Assembly: GCF_006345805.1 (NCBI RefSeq)
Contig: NC_043009.1
Location: forward strand, 28,396,001-28,460,000
From: Octopus sinensis
Taxonomy: Eukaryota
Direction of reading: 5' to 3'
Length of the DNA stretch: 64,000 nucleotides
A model generated the notes under the pieces. That model saw only the letters and a program-made list of their open reading frames with translations, was not told where the DNA came from and did not search any database. The translations under genes were made by a program, and so were the position numbers. Positions 55,791-64,000 of the stretch are shown here, in pieces. Position 1 is the first letter of the stretch; every line of letters starts with the position of its first letter.

Positions 55791-56559
55791 TCTGTAAGCA
55801 ATAAAAAAAAACCCCAACAAACACTAAGTCATGGCCAAAAGTTCTAAGGCCCGGCTCCATATTGCGTCCCACCTACCTACTAAATTATGGATCACCTCTT
55901 CAAAGGGTCTCATGTAATAACGATAAATGCATTATGGCTGCTGTGTTTTAGTAAAGTCTTTTGATGGACATAACAACAACAACGACAACAATAATAATAA
56001 TAACAATGATAATAATTATTATCATATACTGTACAGACTGCTGTCGATGGCGGTGGTGGTGATTTGGTGTGTACTGTTATGGATAGCATGTGGTGGTGGA
56101 GATGGTGGTGGAGGTGGTAGTGGTGGGATTGGTGGTGGTTGGAGTGGTGGTGGTGAGAGTGGTGGATGTGGTGGTGGTGGTGGGCAAGGGAGATGTAGAA
56201 GGAAATTGGAAAAAAAAAGATAAATTGTCTAATGTATGAACGTATGTAACTATGTCGACATAACGTATCATTGTCTATCTTTTTGTCTGTATGTCTTCCT
56301 CTCTCTCCGTGTCTCTTGCTGTATATTAATCATCTTCATCATCATCCCCACCACCACCACCACCATTACTGCCATCATCGCCAACACCACCACCATCTCC
56401 TCCACCACCAGCACAAGAGGCAGCACCACCATCATCATCATACCCCCACCATCTCCTCCACCACCACCACCACCATCAACATCATCATCATCATCCCCAA
56501 AACTACCACCACACCACTATACCCCGCCACCATCATCATCAAGCGTTGGGCCTCATGGA

Positions 56560-56920
56560 GGCAAAGTAGCTGATGCTGGTGGCATGTGAAGAATTCCTTT
56601 TGAGTGTTGGGCCTTAGGGAGACAATAGCCAAGACCTTTGGCATTCTGTCATGCTTGAGAAGAAGACCCATCAAGCCAAGTAAAATTGCATTTGTGGCAG
56701 ATACCGGTGTCACACAAATGGCACCCATGCTGGTGGCACATAAATGCACCCATTACACTCTCGGAGTGGTTGGTGTTAAGAAGGGCATCCTGTCATAGAA
56801 ACCACAGAAGCCAAATCAGACTGGAGTCTGGTGCAGCCGTCTAGCAAGCCAGCTCTGGTCAAACCATCCAACCTATCAGCAGAGACAACAGTCGTTAAAT
56901 GATGATGATGATGATGATAT
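56560..56920 (+). mobile_element. RTE-type LINE 3' end (ORF terminus plus UTR and (GAT)n tail)
   Basis: TTGGGCCT..AGACCTTTGG..GCTTGAGAAGA..CAAGCCAAG matches the reverse complement of 61200-61320, followed by the common UTR. Confidence 0.65.
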
Positions 56921-57192
56921 GTATAATATATATATATATATATAGACACACACACATAAGTATACACATTCTTCAGTTGGAAACAAGTGCATTTCTATTT
57001 CTCCAGTTTTTCTTCTGAATTCCTTTCATTTCTTCTCTAACCATTCTTTCTGAAGAAGAATGAATACTCAAAATGCAAAAGACATTTCTTTCTTTTATTT
57101 CCAATTTCCTGACTGTGAAACCAATACAATCTGTGTTTGTTTTTCATGTCATCTGTGTACTGTACCTTTTGCACCATACACACATACATACA

Positions 57193-57252
<60 letters not shown>

Positions 57253-57429
57253 TATAGATACATATACATCATTATCCTCATAGTTGTTTAACATCTGCTT
57301 TCCATGCTGGCATGGGTTGGACATATATATATACAGATAAAGGGTGAAATATAATTAATTTAATAAAATCAACAAATTTCACCAAGTAGTTTTTCGGTAT
57401 AGAAAAGGACCATATTTGGTAAAATTATA

Positions 57430-57942
57430 TATAATTATGACAATGAGGGTCTTTGCAACAGGTTGCTAGACCACATACCCTTTATCTGTATTGATTATTT
57501 TACTCCCCTACGACGGAACTACGAATTCATTTTCAGCAGTATTATTTGTGACTCACGTGGGAAAAATTCTGGAGGGAGATACGAATTCACTTGTCTATAT
57601 AAATGTGGATATGCTGGTCAGCTTCTGTATGTCCAATTTCGCCTGTTCGGAATATGGTGGTAAGATTCCCTGAAATTTCTAGATTTACTTATCGGAATAT
57701 TATGTTGATGAAGGAAATGAATCTCTGATTTTAATCCAGAAACGTATGCGTCCATAACTGACCGGACACTGTTTGATTTCGTTATTTTTCTTCGTTTTTT
57801 TTTGCCATAGCCATAGTGAGTTACAAATACTGATGTCTGTGGGACATATTTTTGTAGTAAAAGAAATAACAGTCGTCTGGCTGCTATTTCTAATACTTTC
57901 GGTATGTGGTGTAGCAACCTGTTGCAAAGACCCTCATTGTTA

Positions 57943-57950
<8 letters not shown>
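57430..57950. mobile_element. 521-bp unit bounded by 50-bp inverted repeats and containing an HHR
   Basis: 57430-57479 and 57901-57950 are reverse complements with 2 mismatches. Confidence 0.75.
57700..57757 (+). ncRNA. Type I hammerhead ribozyme motif with GUC cleavage triplet and U3 variant core
   Basis: UUAUG-UUGAUGA-A-GGA..UCC-A-GAAACG(UAUG)C-GUC-CAUAA. 5-bp stem I, 3-bp stem III with tetraloop, extended stem II. Confidence 0.6.
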
Positions 57951-57973
<23 letters not shown>

Positions 57974-59016
57974 GCATATCTGTATGCCTATATGTATATA
58001 TACATACATGTATGTGTATGTACATGTGTGTGTGTGTGTGTGTGTGTGCTTGGCCATGTAACAAGATGTGCTTTTCTATCAACTGTTTTTCCTCCCCTCT
58101 GAACTTTTTCCTCTTTCTGATGAAGAGCCATAATAGAAACATCCTTTTCACTTCTATTTTCCCATCTGTAACACAACTTGCAGCTAGTCTGGGAATCGAA
58201 ACCACAACCTCACAATTGTGTGTGCAACAGGCTTAACAACTATACCAGGCACCTTCACAACAACTATTGCTACTATTAGAAGAAAAAAAGACCCAAAGGT
58301 TCTTCATGGGCCACCATAAGCTCATGAGGATCGTTTCTCAGATTCTAGCGCATACATACTCTCTCTGCCCTGGAGAGGTTGCTTGACCATTACTGGGTGA
58401 CAAATTTTTGCCAGCTGAGTGGGCAGGAACAACATGAAATGAAGTATTTTGCTCACAAACACAAAGCATTGACCATTCCAGCCCTAACTACTAAGCCGTG
58501 TGCCAATACCAGGAGATTAAAACCTCACTTGGAAACGGATTTGACAGGAAGGGCGTCCAAGCATACAAAACGGTTCTCTGACATACTTTGGTGCTTGACT
58601 CATGCAAGCTTGGTAAAGTAGACTTTAAAAACAATGATCGTGACGATGATGATGATGATGATGACAACGACAAGGATGCTGACGACGACGACTACGACGA
58701 TGATGAAGCATGATGATAACAACGATGACCAATAGGATCATGATAATGATGATGACGATGATGATGACGACGATAATTATGATGATGATAATAATGATGA
58801 TGGTGATGACGATGACGACGACGCTGATACATAAACATAGTATAAAGTAGGCTAGAATTTTAGCCAATCGGAGCTTTAGCTCTCAGCCACTTGGCACTTA
58901 GGTGCGGAATCCATTGCTCTAGAGAAACAAACCTATATTCGGTCAAAGGGTTAAGCTTCATCATCATCATCATCATCATCATCATTATTACTATTATTAT
59001 TATTAATATTCTTCTT

Positions 59017-59047
<31 letters not shown>

Positions 59048-59084
59048 TTATTATTATTATTATTAATATTTTTATTATCATTAA

Positions 59085-59132
<48 letters not shown>

Positions 59133-59597
59133 CATTATTATTATTATTATCCAACCAATACATGTATTGCCTGATGAAACGGTTATTCAGCTGTCTTGGA
59201 ATTGATTATTTGCAGTCATATATATTTGTTGTGGCATCTGAAAATTCTTTGCTGTAAGCAATGGAACTTTCTTGTCATACACACGGGAATATGAAACCGA
59301 CTGATTATACTGCCTAACGAACATTTGTTCGATCGTTTGGGACTCGCCTCATTAACATATGCAAATATCTAATTCTCCGGACAATCAAGGAGAAAGAGAG
59401 AAAGTGAGGGAAAGAGAGAGAGAGAGAGAGATTGAGATAAATAGAAGGAGAGAGAGAGAGATCAAGGGAAAGGAAGTGTGTGGGTGGATGGATGGGTGGG
59501 TGGGGGATGACAAGATAGATAATAAATAAATAAATGATGTATATTACAATGAAAGCATCCGGTTAAATTCAGCAATATGTATTGATTGCAATTAAAG

Positions 59598-59631
<34 letters not shown>

Positions 59632-60049
59632 GCTCTCTCTCTCTCTCTTCATATTAGAAAAATTAGTCATTAAAACAATGGCAGCAATGATGATGATGAT
59701 GATGATGATGATGAAGATCGTCATCATCGTTACCATCATCACCTTCATCATCCTCCTCTTCATCATCACGAATATGATAGTCATCAGAAAGGTTTAACAT
59801 CTACTTTTCCATGGTGGCATGGGTTGAACAGTTTTTCTGAGACTGGGCACTTTTACAGAATGATACTTCATCCTGTGGCCAACACCTTTAGGTGAGTTTT
59901 ATCACTCATTGACATTCTGTGGGTACTGTTCTAAAACTGAGGTGTGACATGAAAGATGCTGATTTGATATTGTGGGAAGATTAGATCAAAAGGCTTCATG
60001 CTTAATTCAAAGCTTTAGTTGGTAAAAGAAAAGGAACGAGAAGCAGATA

Positions 60050-60220
60050 GGAGGAGGAAGAAGAAGAAGAAGAAGCAGAAGAAGAAGAAGAAAAGAAGAA
60101 GAAGAAGAAAAGAAGAAGAAGAAGAAGAAGAAGAAGAAGAGAAGAAGAAGAAGAGAGAAGAAGAAGAAGAGAAGAAGAAGAAGAAGAAGAAGAAGAAGAA
60201 GAAGAAGAAGAAGAAGAGAA
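60050..60220. repeat. (GAA)n purine tract
   Basis: Directly visible. Confidence 0.95.
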
Positions 60221-60432
60221 GTGCAGTGGTTAAGAGCACAGGTTACTAATCCCAAGATTTTGAGTTCGATTCCAAGCAGTGATCTGAACAATAATAATAA
60301 TGATAACAGTGAAAAATACCTTAGCAATGAGAACCCAGGTTCGAAATTTCCCCAAGACACCTGAAGAAGGCTGGAGGGTATATCAGCCGAAATGTTGTGT
60401 TAACAACAAACAAGATGGGGAGAAATATCCGT
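60221..60432 (+). mobile_element. HHR-SINE family 1 copy
   Basis: GTGCAGTGGTTAAGAG head; HHR 60356-60401 GACAC-CUGAAGA-A-GGCUG..CAGCC-GAAAUGUU-GUGUU. Confidence 0.8.
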
Positions 60433-60686
60433 AGAAAATTACCAATTATCATCTACTTAATGACTACTTAACTTTTTATTTCAAAAAAAATTTTTCTTTT
60501 ATTCTTTTATTTGTTTCAGTTATTTGACTGTGGTCATGCTGGAGCATCACCTTTAATCAAGCAAATCGATCCCAGGAGTTATTCATTGTAAGCCTAGCAC
60601 TTACTCTATTGATCTCTTTTGCGGAACATCGGATGTCAACCGATGGTGGGTGGGGGACAAACAAAGACACACAAATACATATACAT

Positions 60687-60723
<37 letters not shown>

Positions 60724-60754
60724 CACACACACATACACACAAACACATACACAC

Positions 60755-61620
60755 ATCATCATCATCGTCCTTAAACGTCTGCTTTGACTGCTGGCATGGG
60801 TTGGACGATTTGACTGAGGACTGGCAAGCCCGGAGGCTGCACCAGACTCCAATCTGATCTGGCAAAGTTTCTACAGCTGGATGCCCTTCCTAACGCCAAC
60901 CACTCTGCGAGTGTAGTGGGTGCTTTTATGATCCACCGGCACGAGGGCCAGGCAGGCATTTCTGTGAATGACCATGCTCAAAAGGTGTTTATTACATGTC
61001 ACTTGCATTGGAACCAGTCAGCGGCCCAAGAATTGATCACGTTCAGATGGTGCTTTTAAAGTTCCACTGGCACAAGTGCCAATCAGGCAGTACTGTCATC
61101 GGCCATGTCAGCAATTTTGATTTCACTTGCCTCAACAGGTCTTTGCAAGCAAAGTTTATTGTCCAATAAAAGAAGGGTACTGATAAGTGGGTTTGTTATA
61201 CACCACTGTCATAAGCCACGGGTTATGGTCTCACTTGGCTTGTCAGGTCTTCTCAAGCACAGCATATCTCCAAAGGTCTCAGACACTACTCATTGCCTTG
61301 GTGAGGCCCAATGTTTGAAGGTCATGCTTCACCACCTCATACCAGATCTTCCTGGATCTACCTCTTCCACAGGTTCCCTCAACTACTAGGGTGTGACACT
61401 TTTTCACACAACTGTCCTCATCCATTCACAACACATGACCATACCAGTGCAGTGATCTCTCTTGCACACCACATCTGATGCTTCTTAAATCCAACTTTTC
61501 TCTCAGGACACTTACACTCTCTCGTGTATGCACACCGGCATTACACATCCAGCAGAGCATACTGGCTTCATTCCTTGCAAGCTTATGCATGTCGTCAGCA
61601 GTCACGGCCCATGTTTCATA
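60755..61620 (-). mobile_element. RTE-clade LINE, 3' 0.9 kb (duplicated at about 61880-62742)
   Basis: ETWAVTADDMHKLARNEASML..LREKL..LHWYGHVL*MDEDSCVKKC..GRGRSRKIW..DLQTLGL, then UTR and (GAT)n tail. Confidence 0.85.
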
Positions 61621-61632
61621 TATATATATATA

Positions 61633-61809
61633 TACCGGAGTAAACACATAAATGTGAAACAAGGTGGAAAAAAATAAAAAAAAGAGTACTCAAATACCAG
61701 TGGTAGAGTAATATGCTTTATTTAAAGCAGCAGAAAATTCAACAAAACCTGTTACTCTGAGTTTCATGCTTCCGTTCGTCGGACAGTTTTTGCTAGAATA
61801 GAACCGGTA
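61633..61809 (-). mobile_element. 177-bp element with TACCGG..CCGGTA ends in (TA)n, containing an HHR-like motif (duplicated at about 62753-62929)
   Basis: Truncates the RTE. Minus strand 61744-61791 reads AAAAACUGU-CCGACGA-ACG(GAAG)CAU-GAAACU(CAG)A-GUA-ACAGGUUUU. Confidence 0.6.
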
Positions 61810-62949
61810 TATATATTATATATATATATATATATATAATATACATACACACACACATACACACAAACACATACACACATCATCATCATCGTCCTTAAAC
61901 GTCTGCTTTGACTGCTGGCATGGGTTGGACGATTTGACTGAGGACTGGCAAGCCAGGAGGCTGCACCAGACTCCAATCTGATCTGGCAAAGTTTCTACAG
62001 CTGGATGCCCTTCCTAACGCCAACCACTCTGCGAGTGTAGTGGGTGCTTTTATGATCCACCGGCACGAGGGCCAGGCAGGCATTTCTGTCAATGACCATG
62101 CTCAAAAGGTGTTTATTACATGTCACTTGCATTGGAACCAGTCAGCGGCCCAAGAATTGATCACGTTCAGATGGTGCTTTTAAAGTTCCACTGGCACAAG
62201 TGCCAATCAGGCAGTACTGTCATCGGCCATGTCAGCAATTTTGATTTCACTTGCCTCAACAGGTCTTTGCAAGCAAAGTTTATTGTCCAATAAAAGAAGG
62301 GTACTGATAAGTGGGTTTGTTATACACCACTGTCATAAGCCACGGGTTATGGTCTCACTTGGCTTGTCAGGTCTTCTCAAGCACAGCATATCTCCAAAGG
62401 TCTCAGACACTACTCATTGCCTTGGTGAGGCCCAATGTTTGAAGGTCATGCTTCACCACCTCATACCAGATCTTCCTGGATCTACCTCTTCCACAGGTTC
62501 CCTCAACTACTAGGGTGTGACACTTTTTCACACAACTGTCCTCATCCATTCACAACACATGACCATACCAGTGCAGTCATCTCTCTTGCACACCACATCT
62601 GATGCTTCTTAAATCCAACTTTTCTCTCAGGACACTTACACTCTCTCGTGTATGCACACCGGCATTACACATCCAGCAGAGCATACTGGCTTCATTCCTT
62701 GCAAGCTTATGCATGTCGTCAGCAGTCACGGCCCATGTTTCATATATATATATACCGGAGTAAACACATAAATGTGAAACAAGGTGGAAAAAAATAAAAA
62801 AAAGAGTACTCAAATACCAGTGGTAGAGTAATATGCTTTATTTAAAGCAGCAGAAAATTCAACAAAACCTGTTACTCTGAGTTTCATGCTTCCGTTCGTC
62901 GGACAGTTTTTGCTAGAATAGAACCGGTATATATATATATATATATATA

Positions 62950-63240
62950 TCATGTGATCACGTGACCGACCAGACCATCAGATGCTGCTACACATCACTG
63001 GTCACAATGCATTCGCATTGTTTTAGCCTTCGAATGACACCACCCTGCTGGCTAAGCGAGCAGGCCAACAGAAGAAAGAGTGAGAGAAAAAGTGGTGAAA
63101 GAGTACAGTAGGTATCACCAACCCCTGGTGGAGCCTCGTGGAGCTTTTTAGGTGTATTCGGTCAATAAACACACACAACGCCCGGTCTGGGAATCGAAAC
63201 CACGAGTCCGCTGCCCTAACCACTGGGCCATTGCATCTCC
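62950..63240 (-). mobile_element. tRNA-derived SINE (another family)
   Basis: Minus strand starts GGAGATGCAATGGCCCAGTGGTTAGGGCAGCGGACTC..GGTTTCGATTCCCAGACC (A and B boxes). Confidence 0.65.
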
Positions 63241-64000
63241 GTATATATATATATATGACAGGCTTCTTTTAGTTTCTGTCTACCAAATCCACTTGCAAGT
63301 TTTTGTTCAGGCCGAGGCTATAGCAGTGTCACACAGTGGGACTGAACCTGGAACCATGTAGTTGGTAAGCAAGCTTCTTACCACACAGCCACTCCTGCAC
63401 CCATTCATTTTTATTTAATTCACTTTATTTTCAATCCTTTTTATTCCCTGCATGGTAGCTTAAAAATGAAATTGGTTGAAAAAGACTTTTTTGTTTATAA
63501 ATGTTCGAAAATATTTGGAGAGAAAACATCAAAAATACCTCAAGGGAATTGATGAAACAATTCTTTATTGTAACTGACCAGGTTCATCTTAGTAGAAAGA
63601 TTCTCTGCTGAGATGAAATTGGTGAGTTTCTGTGAGGATATGTACTTTTAATTCCCCAATTCCCTTGATGAAAAATATATATTCTTCAGATGTAGATGCC
63701 TGATGAATGGATTTGGTAGGTGGAAAAGGAAAGAACAAATCAACCCCAGGACTTATTCTTTGTAAGCCTAATACTTATTCTATCAGTCTCTTTTGCCGAA
63801 CAGCAAAGTTACAAGGACATAAACACGCCAACATCAGTTGTCAAGCGATGGTAGGGAGGACAAACACAGACACACAGACATATATATACGATAGGCTTCT
63901 TTCAGTTTCCATCTACAAATCCACTCACAAAGCTTTGGTCAGCCTAGGGTTGTTGTAGAAGACACTTGTCCAAGGTGCCACACAGTGGGACTGAACCCGA

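Larger units (their letters stand above)
60717..62940. repeat. Near-perfect tandem duplication, period 1124 bp (1120 after a TA tract)
   Basis: Units 60717-61840 and 61841-62940. Substitutions noticed at 60831/61955, 60966/62090, 61454/62578, plus a 4-nt TA indel. Confidence 0.95.

Noticed and set aside
58115-58150. CTGATGAAGAGCC..GAAACATC hammerhead-like words
   Set aside because: Neither stem II nor stem I can pair.
60717-62940. Duplication read as LTRs or a CRISPR-like array
   Set aside because: Units are adjacent, lack TG..CA ends and internal coding region, and no repeat-spacer structure exists in the window.

Overview
This is eukaryotic, AT-rich, mostly non-coding DNA. The repeat content looks like an octopus (coleoid cephalopod) genome; that is inferred from repeat families, not proven. 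No complete gene is recognisable. Nearly all supplied ORFs are artefacts of (TA)n, (CA)n, (GATA)n, (CAT/GAT)n, (TAA)n and (CTT)n microsatellites. Supportable content: several tRNA-derived SINE families; 5'-truncated LINE remnants (RTE, R4/Dong-type with REL endonuclease, Tx1/L1-type, one APE fragment); a fold-back Tc1/mariner remnant; TTAA-flanked MITEs; a 1.12-kb near-perfect tandem duplication; and a few low-confidence candidate exons on the + strand. The most notable signal is repeated hammerhead ribozyme (HHR) motifs in about five to six unrelated short repeat families. One family is a tRNA-headed SINE (8 full or partial copies) carrying a minimal type I HHR. It often inserts together with an inverted copy of itself, and three such composites have target-site duplications, an architecture typical of Penelope-like elements (PLEs). 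All structures were derived by eye; coordinates of interspersed repeats are approximate.
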